DNA of 64,000 bases, taken from the NCBI GenBank assembly GCA_964057225.1, contig OZ059899.1:992001-1056000 (forward strand), written 5' to 3'. This stretch comes from Auanema rhodensis (taxonomy: Eukaryota > Animalia > Nematoda). Below are positions 24,421 through 39,226 of the stretch, piece after piece (the stretch's first letter is position 1; each line of letters begins with the position of its first letter). The notes under the pieces were generated by a model. That model saw only the letters and a program-made list of their open reading frames with translations, made no database searches and had not been told where the DNA came from. The position numbers were made by a program, and so were the translations under genes.

Positions 24421-27400
24421 GCTTCCAAAAACATTTTGACAAAAATTTTTTCGAAAAATTTCAAAATAATTTAGCGAAAAGTAGATGTTTTTAGATTCCG
24501 TTTTTCAAGGCAAAGACGATGGACAATGTTATTCATCGAAAAAATTAATTCTTCAGGGTGAAAATCGAGGATATAAGTGTGAACTTATATCAGTTGATAT
24601 CTCGGTGCATTTTCAAGCTAGCGCAAATCTGATAACACAGATCGACGCAGCTCAAAAATCCGCATCGAATGCACTATATTACATTAAGAAACGCTTAATA
24701 CAAAAATTAGTTATGTTCGTTTGAAAAATGATGCATTAGTGTATGTTGAGTTTCCATGTACACTCAACATTGCTTCCAAAAACATTTTGACAAAAATTTT
24801 TTCGAAAAATTTCAAAATAATTTCGCAAAAAGTAGATGTTTTTAGATTCCTTTTTTCAAGGCAAAGACGATGGACAATGTTATTCAACGAAAAAATTAAT
24901 TCTTCAGGGTGAAAATCGAGGATATAAGTGTGAACTCATATCAGTTGATATCTCGGTGCATTTTTAAGCTAGCGCAAATCTGATAACACAGATCGACGCA
25001 GCTCAACAATCCGCATCGAATGCACTATACTACATTGAGAAACGCTTAATAATAAAATTAGTTATGATCGTTTGAAAAACGATGCATTAGTGTATGTTGA
25101 GTTTCCATGTACACTCAACATTGCTTCCAAAAACATTTTGACAAAAATTTTTTCGAAAAATTTCAAGATAATTTAGCGAAAAGTAGATGTTTTTAGATTC
25201 CGTTTTTCAAGGCAAAGACGATGGACAATGTTATTCAACGAAAAAATTAATTCTTCAGGGTGAAAATCGAGGATATAAGTGTGAACTTATATCAGTTGAT
25301 ATCTCGGTGCTTTTTTAAGCTAGCGCAAATCTGATAACACAGATCGACGCAGCTTAAAAATCCGCATCGAATGCACTATACTACATTGAGAAACGCTTAA
25401 TACAAAAATTAGTTATGATCGTTGTAAAAATGATGCATTAGTGTATGTTGAGTTTCCATGTACACTCAACATTGCTTCCAAAAACATTTTGACAAAAATT
25501 TTTTCGAAAAATTTCAAAATAATTTCGCAAAAAGTAGATGTTTTTAGATTCCTTTTTTCAAGGCAAAGACGATGGACAATGTTATTCAACGAAAAAATTA
25601 ATTCTTCAGGGTGAAAATCGAGGATATAAGTGTGAACTCATATCAGTTGATATCTCGGTGCATTTTTAAGCTAGCGCAAATCTGATAAAACAGATCGACG
25701 CAGCTCAACAATCCGCATCGAATGCACTATACTACATTGAGAAACGCTTAATAATAAAATTAGTTATGATCGTTTGAAAAACGATGCATTAGTGTATGTT
25801 GAGTTTCCATGTACACTCAACATTGCTTCCAAAAACATTTTGACAAAAATTTTTTCGAAAAATTTCAAGATAATTTAGCGAAAAGTAGATGTTTTTAGAT
25901 TCCGTTTTTCAAGGCAAAGACGATGGACAATGTTATTCAACGAAAAAATTAATTCTTCAGGGTGAAAATCGAGGATATAAGTGTGAACTTATATCAGTTG
26001 ATATCTCGGTGCATTTTCAAGCTAGCGCAAATCTGATAACACAGATCGACGCAGCTCAAAAATCCGCATCGAATGCACTATACTACATTGAGAAACGCTT
26101 AATACAAAAATTAGTTATGATCGTTTGAAAAATGATGCATTAGTGTATGTTGAGTTTCCATGTACACTCAACATTGCTTCCAAAAACATTTTGACAAAAA
26201 TTTTTTCGAAAAATTTCAAGATAATTTAGCGAAAAGTAGATGTTTTTAGATTCCGTTTTTCAAAGCAAAGACGATGGACAATGTTATTCAACGAAAAAAT
26301 TTATTCTTCAGGGTGAAAATCGAGGATATAAGTGTGAACTTATATCAGTTGATATCTCGGTGCATTTTCAAGCTAGCGCAAATCTGATAAAACAGATCGA
26401 CGCAGCTCAAAAATCCGCATCGAATGCACTATACTACATTAAGAAACGCTTAATACAAAAATTAGTTATGATCGTTTGAAAAATGATGCATTAGTGTATG
26501 TTGAGTTTCCATGTACACTCAACATTGCTTCCAAAAACATTTTGACAAAAATTTTTTCGAAAAATTTCAAAATAATTTAGCGAAAAGTAGATGTTTTTAG
26601 ATTCCGTTTTTCAAGGCAAAGACGATGGACAATGTTATTCATCGAAAAAATTAATTCTTCAGGGTGAAAATCGAGGATATAAGTGTGAACTTATATCAGT
26701 TGATATCTCGGTGCATTTTCAAGCTAGCGCAAATCTGATAACACAGATCGACGCAGCTCAAAAATCCGCATCGAATGCACTATACTACATTGAGAAACGC
26801 TTAATACAAAAATTAGTTATGATCGTTTGAAAAATGATGCATTAGTGTATGTTGAGTTTCCATGTACACTCAACATTGCTTCCAAAAACATTTTGACAAA
26901 AATTTTTTCGAAAAATTTCAAAATAATTTAGCGAAAAGTAGATGTTTTTAGATTCCGTTTTTCAAGGCAAAGACGATGGACAATGTTATTCAACGAAAAA
27001 AATAATTCTTCAGGGTGAAAATCGAGGATATAAGTGTGAACTTATATCAGTTGATATCTCGGTGCATTTTCAAGCTAGCGCAAATCTGATAACACAGATC
27101 GACGCAGCTCAAAAATCCGCATCGAATGCACTATATTACATTGAGAAACGCTTAATACAAAAATTAGTTATGTTCGTTTGAAAAATGATGCATTAGTGTA
27201 TGTTGAGTTTCCATGTACACTCAACATTGCTTCCAAAAACATTTTGACAAAAATTTTTTCGAAAAATTTCAAGATAATTTAGCGAAAAGTAGATGTTTTT
27301 AGATTCCGTTTTTTAAGGCAAAGACGATGGACAATGTTATTCAACGAAAAAAATAATTCTTCAAAGTGAAAATCGAGGATATAAGTGTGAACTTATATCA

Positions 27401-27529
27401 GTTGATATCTCGGTGCTTTTTTAAGCTAGCGCAAATCTGATAACACAGATCGACGCAGCTTAAAAATCCGCATCGAATGCACTATACTACATTGAGAAAC
27501 GCTTAATACAAAAATTAGTTATGATCGTT

Positions 27530-30500
27530 TGAAAAATGATGCATTAGTGTATGTTGAGTTTCCATGTACACTCAACATTGCTTCCAAAAACATTTTGACA
27601 AAAATTTTTTCGAAAAATTTCAAAATAATTTCGCAAAAAGTAGATGTTTTTAGATTCCTTTTTTCAAGGCAAAGACGATGGACAATGTTATTCAACGAAA
27701 AAATTAATTCTTCAGGGTGAAAATCGAGGATATAAGTGTGAACTCATATCAGTTGATATCTCGGTGCATTTTTAAGCTAGCGCAAATCTGATAACACAGA
27801 TCGACGCAGCTCAACAATCCGCATCGAATGCACTATACTACATTGAGAAACGCTTAATAATAAAATTAGTTATGATCGTTTGAAAAACGATGCATTAGTG
27901 TATGTTGAGTTTCCATGTACACTCAACATTGCTTCCAAAAACATTTTGACAAAAATTTTTTCGAAAAATTTCAAGATAATTTAGCGAAAAGTAGATGTTT
28001 TTAGATTCCGTTTTTCAAGGCAAAGACGATGGACAATGTTATTCAACGAAAAAATTAATTCTTCAGGGTGAAAATCGAGGATATAAGTGTGAACTTATAT
28101 CAGTTGATATCTCGGTGCATTTTCAAGCTAGCGCAAATCTGATAACACAGATCGACGCAGCTCAAAAATCCGCATCGAATGCACTATACTACAATGAGAA
28201 ACGCTTAATACAAAAATTAGTTATGATCGTTTGAAAAATGATGCATTAGTGTATGTTGAGTTTCCATGTACACTCAACATTGCTTCCAAAAACATTTTGA
28301 CAAAAATTTTTTCGAAAAATTTCAAAATAATTTAGCAAAAAGTAGATGTTTTTAGATTTCGTTTTTCAAGGCAAAGACGATGGACAATGTTATTCAACGA
28401 AAAAAATAATTCTTCAGGGTGAAAATCGAGGATATAAGTGGGAACTTATATCAGTTGATATCTCGGTGCTTTTTTAAGCTAGCGCAAATCTGATAACACA
28501 GATCGACGCAGCTCAAAAATCCGCATTGAATGCACTATACTACATTGAGAAACGCTTGATACAAAAATTAGTTATGATCGTTTGAAAAATGATGCATTAG
28601 TGTATGTTGAGTTTCCATGTACACTCAACATTGCTTCCAAAAACATTTTGACAAAAATTTTTTCGAAAAATTTCAAAATAATTTAGCAAAAAGTAGATGT
28701 TTTTAGATTCCATTCTTCAAGGCAAAGACGATGGACAATGTTATTCAACGAAAAAATTAATTCTTCAGGGTGAAAATCAAGGATATAAGTGTGAACTTAT
28801 ATCAGTTGATATCTCGGTGCATTTTTAAGCTAGCGCAAATCTGATAACACAGATCGACGCAGCTTAAAAATCCGCATCGAATGCACTATACTACATTGAG
28901 AAACGCTTGATACAAAAATTAGTTATGATCGTTTGAAAAATGATGCATTAGTGTATGTTGAGTTTCCATGTACACTCAACATTGCTTCCAAAAACATTTT
29001 GACAAAAATTTTTTCGAAAAATTTCAAAATAATTTAGCAAAAAGTAGATGTTTTTAGATTCCATTCTTCAAGGCAAAGACGATGGACAATGTTATTCAAC
29101 GAAAAAATTAATTCTTCAGGGTGAAAATCAAGGATATAAGTGTGAACTTATATCAGTTGATATCTCGGTGCATTTTTAAGCTAGCGCAAATCTGATAACA
29201 CAGATCGACGCAGCTTAAAAATCCGCATCGAATGCACTATACTACATTGGGAAACGCTCAATACAAAAATTAGTTATGATCGTTTGAAAAATGATGCATT
29301 AGTGTATGTTGAGTTTCCATGTACACTCAACATTGCTTCCAAAAACATTTTGACAAAAATTTTTTCGAAAAATTTCAAAATAATTTAGCAAAAAGTAGAT
29401 GTTTTTAGATTCCATTCTTCAAGGCAAAGACGATGGACAATGTTATTCAACGAAAAAATTAATTCTTCAGGGTGAAAATCAAGGATATAAGTGTGAACTT
29501 ATATCAGTTGATATCTCGGTGCATTTTTAAGCTAGCGCAAATCTGATAACACAGATCGACGCAGCTTAAAAATCCGCATCGAATGCACTATACTACATTG
29601 GAAAACGCTCAATACAAAAATTAGTTATGATCGTTTGAAAAATGATGCATTAGTGTATGTTGAGTTTCCATGTACACTCAACATTGCTTCCAAAAACATT
29701 TTGACAAAAATTTTTTCGAAAAATTTCAAAATAATTTAGCAAAAAGTAGATGTTTTTAGATTCCTTCTTTCAAGGCAAAGACGATGGACGATGTTATTCA
29801 ACGAAAAAATTAATTCTTCAGGGTGAAAATCGAGGATATAAGTGTGAACTTATATCAGTTGATATCTCGGTGCATTTTTAAGCTAGCGCAAATCTGATAA
29901 CACAGATCGACGCAGCTTGAAAATCCGGATCGAATGCACTATACTACATTAAGAAACGCTCAATACAAAAATTAGTTATGATCGTTTGAAAAATGATGCA
30001 TTAGTGTATGTTGAGTTTCCATGTACACTCAACATTGCTTCCAAAAACATTTTGACAAAAATTTTTTCGAAAAATTTCAAAATAATTTAGCAAAAAGTAG
30101 ATGTTTTTAGATTTCGTTTTTCAAGGCAAAGACGATGGACAATGTTATTCAACGAAAAAAATAATTCTTCAGGGTGAAAATCGAGGATATAAGTGGGAAC
30201 TTATATCAGTTGATATCTCGGTGCTTTTTTAAGCTAGCGCAAATCTGATAACACAGATCGACGCAGCTCAAAAATCCGCATCGAATGCACTATACTACAT
30301 TGGGAAACGCTCAATACAAAAATTAGTTATGATCGTTTGAAAAATGATGCATTAGTGTATGTTGAGTTTCCATGTACACTCAACATTGCTTCCAAAAACA
30401 TTTTGACAAAAATTTTTTCGAAAAATTTCAAAATAATTTAGCAAAAAGTAGATGTTTTTAGATTCCTTCTTTCAAGGCAAAGACGATGGACGATGTTATT

Positions 30501-33210
30501 CAACGAAAAAATTAATTCTTCAGGGTGAAAATCGAGGATATAAGTGTGAACTTATATCAGTTGATATCTCGGTGCATTTTTAAGCTAGCGCAAATCTGAT
30601 AACACAGATCGACGCAGCTTGAAAATCCGGATCGAATGCACTATACTACATTAAGAAACGCTCAATACAAAAATTAGTTATGATCGTTTGAAAAATGATG
30701 CATTAGTGTATGTTGAGTTTCCATGTACACTCAACATTGCTTCCAAAAACATTTTGACAAAAATTTTTTCGAAAAATTTCAAAATAATTTAGCAAAAAGT
30801 AGATGTTTTTAGATTTCGTTTTTCAAGGCAAAGACGATGGACAATGTTATTCAACGAAAAAAATAATTCTTCAGGGTGAAAATCGAGGATATAAGTGGGA
30901 ACTTATATCAGTTGATATCTCGGTGCTTTTTTAAGCTAGCGCAAATCTGATAACACAGATCGACGCAGCTCAAAAATCCGCATCGAATGCACTATACTAC
31001 ATTGGGAAACGCTCAATACAAAAATTAGTTATGATCGTTTGAAAAATGATGCATTAGTGTATGTTGAGTTTCCATGTACACTCAACATTGCTTCCAAAAA
31101 CATTTTGACAAAAATTTTTTCGAAAAATTTCAAAATAATTTCGCAAAAAGTAGATGTTTTTAGATTCCTTTTTTCAAGGCAAAGACGATGGACAATGTTA
31201 TTCAACGAAAAAATTAATTCTTCAGGGTGAAAATCGAGGATATAAGTGTGAACTCATATCAGTTGATATCTCGGTGCATTTTTAAGCTAGCGCAAATCTG
31301 ATAACACAGATCGACGCAGCTCAACAATCCGCATCGAATGCACTATACTACATTGAGAAACGCTTAATAATAAAATTAGTTATGATCGTTTGAAAAACGA
31401 TGCATTAGTGTATGTTGAGTTTCCATGTACACTCAACATTGCTTCCAAAAACATTTTGACAAAAATTTTTTCGAAAAATTTCAAGATAATTTAGCGAAAA
31501 GTAGATGTTTTTAGATTCCGTTTTTCAAGGCAAAGACGATGGACAATGTTATTCAACGAAAAAATTAATTCTTCAGGGTGAAAATCGAGGATATAAGTGT
31601 GAACTTATATCAGTTGATATCTCGGTGCATTTTCAAGCTAGCGCAAATCTGATAACACAGATCGACGCAGCTCAAAAATCCGCATCGAATGCACTATACT
31701 ACAATGAGAAACGCTTAATACAAAAATTAGTTATGATCGTTTGAAAAATGATGCATTAGTGTATGTTGAGTTTCCATGTACACTCAACATTGCTTCCAAA
31801 AACATTTTGACAAAAATTTTTTCGAAAAATTTCAAAATAATTTAGCAAAAAGTAGATGTTTTTAGATTTCGTTTTTCAAGGCAAAGACGATGGACAATGT
31901 TATTCAACGAAAAAAATAATTCTTCAGGGTGAAAATCGAGGATATAAGTGGGAACTTATATCAGTTGATATCTCGGTGCTTTTTTAAGCTAGCGCAAATC
32001 TGATAACACAGATCGACGCAGCTCAAAAATCCGCATTGAATGCACTATACTACATTGAGAAACGCTTGATACAAAAATTAGTTATGATCGTTTGAAAAAT
32101 GATGCATTAGTGTATGTTGAGTTTCCATGTACACTCAACATTGCTTCCAAAAACATTTTGACAAAAATTTTTTCGAAAAATTTCAAAATAATTTAGCAAA
32201 AAGTAGATGTTTTTAGATTCCATTCTTCAAGGCAAAGACGATGGACAATGTTATTCAACGAAAAAATTAATTCTTCAGGGTGAAAATCAAGGATATAAGT
32301 GTGAACTTATATCAGTTGATATCTCGGTGCATTTTTAAGCTAGCGCAAATCTGATAACACAGATCGACGCAGCTTAAAAATCCGCATCGAATGCACTATA
32401 CTACATTGAGAAACGCTTGATACAAAAATTAGTTATGATCGTTTGAAAAATGATGCATTAGTGTATGTTGAGTTTCCATGTACACTCAACATTGCTTCCA
32501 AAAACATTTTGACAAAAATTTTTTCGAAAAATTTCAAAATAATTTAGCAAAAAGTAGATGTTTTTAGATTCCATTCTTCAAGGCAAAGACGATGGACAAT
32601 GTTATTCAACGAAAAAATTAATTCTTCAGGGTGAAAATCAAGGATATAAGTGTGAACTTATATCAGTTGATATCTCGGTGCATTTTTAAGCTAGCGCAAA
32701 TCTGATAACACAGATCGACGCAGCTTAAAAATCCGCATCGAATGCACTATACTACATTGGGAAACGCTCAATACAAAAATTAGTTATGATCGTTTGAAAA
32801 ATGATGCATTAGTGTATGTTGAGTTTCCATGTACACTCAACATTGCTTCCAAAAACATTTTGACAAAAATTTTTTCGAAAAATTTCAAAATAATTTAGCA
32901 AAAAGTAGATGTTTTTAGATTCCATTCTTCAAGGCAAAGACGATGGACAATGTTATTCAACGAAAAAATTAATTCTTCAGGGTGAAAATCAAGGATATAA
33001 GTGTGAACTTATATCAGTTGATATCTCGGTGCATTTTTAAGCTAGCGCAAATCTGATAACACAGATCGACGCAGCTTAAAAATCCGCATCGAATGCACTA
33101 TACTACATTGGGAAACGCTCAATACAAAAATTAGTTATGATCGTTTGAAAAATGATGCATTAGTGTATGTTGAGTTTCCATGTACACTCAACATTGCTTC
33201 CAAAAACATT
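27530..33210 (+). repeat. ~6-monomer block (~27530-29700) duplicated at ~31040-33210 (offset 3510 bp), separated by a dimer x2 (29750-31030)
   Basis: The TACAATGAG allele (YYNEK) occurs only in monomers 27995 and 31505. The following GTGGGAAC and TCCATTCTT monomers match in order. Dimer markers TTCCTTCTTT+GGACGATG at 29750 and 30452. Confidence 0.9.
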
Positions 33211-34663
33211 TTGACAAAAATTTTTTCGAAAAATTTCAAAATAATTTAGCAAAAAGTAGATGTTTTTAGATTCCTTTTTTCAAGGCAAAGACGATGGACA
33301 ATGTTATTCAACGAAAAAATTAATTCTTCAGGGTGAAAATCGAGGATATAAGTGTGAACTTATATCAGTTGATATCTCGGTGCATTTTTAAGCTAGCGCA
33401 AATCTGATAACACAGATCGACGCAGCTTGAAAATCCGGATCGAATGCACTATACTACATTAAGAAACGCTCAATACAAAAATTAGTTATGATCGTTTGAA
33501 AAATGATGCATTAGTGTATGTTGAGTTTCCATGTACACTCAACATTGCTTCCAAAAACATTTTGACAAAAATTTTTTCGAAAAATTTCAAAATAATTTAG
33601 CAAAAAGTAGATGTTTTTAGATTCCGTTTTTCAAGACAAAGACGATGGACAATGTTATTCAACGAAAAAATTAATTCTTCAGGGTGAAAATCGAGGATAT
33701 AAGTGTGAACTTATATCAGTTGATATCTCGGTGCATTTTTAAGCTAGCGCAAATCTGATAACACAGATCGACGCAGCTTAAAAATCCGCATTGAATGCAC
33801 TATACTACATTGAAAAACGCTCAATACAAAAATTAGTTATGATCGTTTGAAAAATGATGCATTAGTGTATGTTGAGTTTCCATGTACACTCAACATTGCT
33901 TCCAAAAACATTTTGACAAAAATTTTTTCGAAAAATTTCAAGATAATTTAGCGAAAAGTAGATGTTTTTAGATTCCTTTTTTCAAGGCAAAGACGATGGA
34001 CAATGTTATTCAACGAAAAAATTAATTCTTCAGGGTGAAAATCGAGGATATAAGTGTGAACTTATATCAGTTGATATCTCGGTGCATTTTTAAGCTAGCG
34101 CAAATCTGATAACACAGATCGACGCAGCTTAAAAATCCGCATCGAATGCACTATACTACATTGAGAAACGCTTAATACAAAAATTAGTTATGATCGTTTG
34201 AAAAATGATGCATTAGTGTATGTTGAGTTTCCATGTACACTCAAGATTGCTTCCAAAAACATTTTGACAAAAATTTTTTCGAAAAATTTCAAAATAATTT
34301 AGCAAAAAGTAGATGTTTTTAGATTCCATTTTTCAAGGCAAAGACGATGGACAATGTTATTCAACGAAAAAATTAATTCTTCAGGGTGAAAATCAAGGAT
34401 ATAAGTGTGAACTTATATCAGTTGATATCTCGGTGCATTTTCAAGCTAGCGTAAATCTGATAACACAGATCGACGCAGCTCAAAAATCCGCATCGAATGC
34501 ACTATACTACATTGAGAAACGCTTAATACAAAAATTAGTTATGATCGTTTGAAAAATGATGCATTAGTGTATGTTGAGTTTCCATGTACACTCAACATTG
34601 CTTCCAAAAACATTTTGACAAAAATTTTTTCGAAAAATTTCAAAATAATTTAGCAAAAAGTAG

Positions 34664-37600
34664 ATGTTTTTAGATTCCATTCTTCAAGGCAAAGACGATG
34701 GACAATGTTATTCAACGAAAAAATTAATTCTTCAGGGTGAAAATCAAGGATATAAGTGTGAACTTATATCAGTTGATATCTCGGTGCATTTTTAAGCTAG
34801 CGCAAATCTGATAACACAGATCGACGCAGCTTAAAAATCCGCATCGAATGCACTATACTACATTGGGAAACGCTCAATACAAAAATTAGTTATGATCGTT
34901 TGAAAAATGATGCATTAGTGTATGTTGAGTTTCCATGTACACTCAACATTGCTTCCAAAAACATTTTGACAAAAATTTTTTCGAAAAATTTCAAAATAAT
35001 TTAGCAAAAAGTAGATGTTTTTAGATTCCTTTTTTCAAGGCAAAGACGATGGACAATGTTATTCAACGAAAAAATTAATTCTTCAGGGTGAAAATCGAGG
35101 ATATAAGTGTGAACTTATATCAGTTGATATCTCGGTGCTTTTTTAAGCTAGCGCAAATCTGATAACACAGATCGACGCAGCTCAAAAATCCGCATTGAAT
35201 GCACTATACTACATTGGAAAACGCTCAATACAAAAATTAGTTATGATCGTTTGAAAAATGATGCATTAGTGTATGTTGAGTTTCCATGTACACTCAACAT
35301 TGCTTCCAAAAACATTTTGACAAAAATTTTTTCGAAAAATTTCAAAATAATTTAGCAAAAAGTAGATGTTTTTAGATTCCTTTTTTCAAGGCAAAGACGA
35401 TGGACAATGTTATTCAACGAAAAAATTAATTCTTCAGGGTGAAAATCGAGGATATAAGTGTGAACTTATATCAGTTGATATCTCGGTGCATTTTTAAGCT
35501 AGCGCAAATCTGATAACACAGATCGACGCAGCTTGAAAATCCGGATCGAATGCACTATACTACATTAAGAAACGCTCAATACAAAAATTAGTTATGATCG
35601 TTTGAAAAATGATGCATTAGTGTATGTTGAGTTTCCATGTACACTCAACATTGCTTCCAAAAACATTTTGACAAAAATTTTTTCGAAAAATTTCAAAATA
35701 ATTTAGCAAAAAGTAGATGTTTTTAGATTCCGTTTTTCAAGACAAAGACGATGGACAATGTTATTCAACGAAAAAATTAATTCTTCAGGGTGAAAATCGA
35801 GGATATAAGTGTGAACTTATATCAGTTGATATCTCGGTGCATTTTTAAGCTAGCGCAAATCTGATAACACAGATCGACGCAGCTTAAAAATCCGCATCGA
35901 ATGCACTATACTACATTGAGAAACGCTTAATAATAAAATTAGTTATGATCGTTTGAAAAACGATGCATTAGTGTATGTTGAGTTTCCATGTACACTCAAC
36001 ATTGCTTCCAAAAACATTTTGACAAAAATTTTTTCGAAAAATTTCAAGATAATTTAGCGAAAAGTAGATGTTTTTAGATTCCGTTTTTCAAGGCAAAGAC
36101 GATGGACAATGTTATTCAACGAAAAAATTAATTCTTCAGGGTGAAAATCGAGGATATAAGTGTGAACTTATATCAGTTGATATCTCGGTGCTTTTTTAAG
36201 CTAGCGCAAATCTGATAACACAGATCGACGCAGCTCAAAAATCCGCATTGAATGCACTATACTACATTGAAAAACGCTCAATACAAAAATTAGTTATGAT
36301 CGTTTGAAAAATGATGCATTAGTGTATGTTGAGTTTCCATGTACACTCAACATTGCTTCCAAAAACATTTTGACAAAAATTTTTTCGAAAAATTTCAAAA
36401 TAATTTAGCAAAAAGTAGATGTTTTTAGATTCCATTCTTCAAGGCAAAGACGATGGACAATGTTATTCAACGAAAAAATTAATTCTTCAGGGTGAAAATC
36501 AAGGATATAAGTGTGAACTTATATCAGTTGATATCTCGGTGCATTTTTAAGCTAGCGCAAATCTGATAACACAGATCGACGCAGCTTAAAAATCCGCATC
36601 GAATGCACTATACTACATTGGGAAACGCTCAATACAAAAATTAGTTATGATCGTTTGAAAAATGATGCATTAGTGTATGTTGAGTTTCCATGTACACTCA
36701 ACATTGCTTCCAAAAACATTTTGACAAAAATTTTTTCGAAAAATTTCAAAATAATTTAGCAAAAAGTAGATGTTTTTAGATTCCTTTTTTCAAGGCAAAG
36801 ACGATGGACAATGTTATTCAACGAAAAAATTAATTCTTCAGGGTGAAAATCGAGGATATAAGTGTGAACTTATATCAGTTGATATCTCGGTGCTTTTTTA
36901 AGCTAGCGCAAATCTGATAACACAGATCGACGCAGCTCAAAAATCCGCATTGAATGCACTATACTACATTGGAAAACGCTCAATACAAAAATTAGTTATG
37001 ATCGTTTGAAAAATGATGCATTAGTGTATGTTGAGTTTCCATGTACACTCAACATTGCTTCCAAAAACATTTTGACAAAAATTTTTTCGAAAAATTTCAA
37101 AATAATTTAGCAAAAAGTAGATGTTTTTAGATTCCTTTTTTCAAGGCAAAGACGATGGACAATGTTATTCAACGAAAAAATTAATTCTTCAGGGTGAAAA
37201 TCGAGGATATAAGTGTGAACTTATATCAGTTGATATCTCGGTGCATTTTTAAGCTAGCGCAAATCTGATAACACAGATCGACGCAGCTTGAAAATCCGGA
37301 TCGAATGCACTATACTACATTAAGAAACGCTCAATACAAAAATTAGTTATGATCGTTTGAAAAATGATGCATTAGTGTATGTTGAGTTTCCATGTACACT
37401 CAACATTGCTTCCAAAAACATTTTGACAAAAATTTTTTCGAAAAATTTCAAAATAATTTAGCAAAAAGTAGATGTTTTTAGATTCCGTTTTTCAAGACAA
37501 AGACGATGGACAATGTTATTCAACGAAAAAATTAATTCTTCAGGGTGAAAATCGAGGATATAAGTGTGAACTTATATCAGTTGATATCTCGGTGCATTTT

Positions 37601-38173
37601 TAAGCTAGCGCAAATCTGATAACACAGATCGACGCAGCTTAAAAATCCGCATCGAATGCACTATACTACATTGAGAAACGCTTAATAATAAAATTAGTTA
37701 TGATCGTTTGAAAAACGATGCATTAGTGTATGTTGAGTTTCCATGTACACTCAACATTGCTTCCAAAAACATTTTGACAAAAATTTTTTCGAAAAATTTC
37801 AAGATAATTTAGCGAAAAGTAGATGTTTTTAGATTCCGTTTTTCAAGGCAAAGACGATGGACAATGTTATTCAACGAAAAAATTAATTCTTCAGGGTGAA
37901 AATCGAGGATATAAGTGTGAACTTATATCAGTTGATATCTCGGTGCTTTTTTAAGCTAGCGCAAATCTGATAACACAGATCGACGCAGCTCAAAAATCCG
38001 CATTGAATGCACTATACTACATTGAAAAACGCTCAATACAAAAATTAGTTATGATCGTTTGAAAAATGATGCATTAGTGTATGTTGAGTTTCCATGTACA
38101 CTCAACATTGCTTCGAAAAACATTTTGACAAAAATTTTTTCGAAAAATTTCAAGATAATTTAGCGAAAAGTAG
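34664..38173 (+). repeat. 5-monomer unit (1755 bp) x2
   Basis: The order TCCATTCTT; ATTGGAAA; CCGGAT; CAAGACA+AATAATAAA; ATTGAAAAACGCTC is repeated at 34664 and 36419. Confidence 0.88.
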
Positions 38174-39226
38174 ATGTTTTTAGATTCCTTTTTTCAAGGC
38201 AAAGACGATGGACAATGTTATTCAACGAAAAAATTAATTCTTCAGGGTGAAAATCGAGGATATAAGTGTGAACTTATATCAGTTGATATCTCGGTGCATT
38301 TTTAAGCTAGCGCAAATCTGATAACACAGATCGACGCAGCTTAAAAATCCGCATTGAATGCACTATACTACATTGAGAAACGCTTAATACAAAAATTAGT
38401 TATGATCGTTTGAAAAATGATGCATTAGTGTATGTTGAGTTTCCATGTACACTCAACATTGCTTCCAAAAACATTTTGACAAAAATTTTTTCGAAAAATT
38501 TCAAAATAATTTAGCAAAAAGTAGATGTTTTTAGATTCCATTTTTCAAGGCAAAGACGATGGACAATGTTATTCAACGAAAAAATTAATTCTTCAGGGTG
38601 AAAATCAAGGATATAAGTGTGAACTTATATCAGTTGATATCTCGGTGCATTTTTAAGCTAGCGCAAATCTGATAACACAGATCGACGCAGCTTAAAAATC
38701 CGCATCGAATGCACTATACTACATTGAGAAACGCTTAATACAAAAATTAGTTATGATCGTTTGAAAAATGATGCATTAGTGTATGTTGAGTTTCCATGTA
38801 CACTCAACATTGCTTCCAAAAACATTTTGACAAAAATTTTTTCAAAAAATTTCAGAATAATTTCGCAAAAAGTAGATGTTTTTAGATTCCTTTTTTCAAG
38901 GCAAAGACGATGGACAATGTTATTCAACGAAAAAATTAATTCTTCAGGGTGAAAATCGAGGATATAAGTGTGAACTCATATCAGTTGATATCTCGGTGCA
39001 TTTTTAAGCTAGCGCAAATCTGATAACACAGATCGACGCAGCTCAACAATCCGCATCGAGTGCACTATACTACATTGAGAAACGCTTAATAATAAAATTA
39101 GTTATGATCGTTTGAAAAACGATGCATTAGTGTATGTTGAGTTTCCATGTACACTCAACATTGCTTCCAAAAACATTTTGACAAAAATTTTTTCGAAAAA
39201 TTTCAAGATAATTTAGCGAAAAGTAG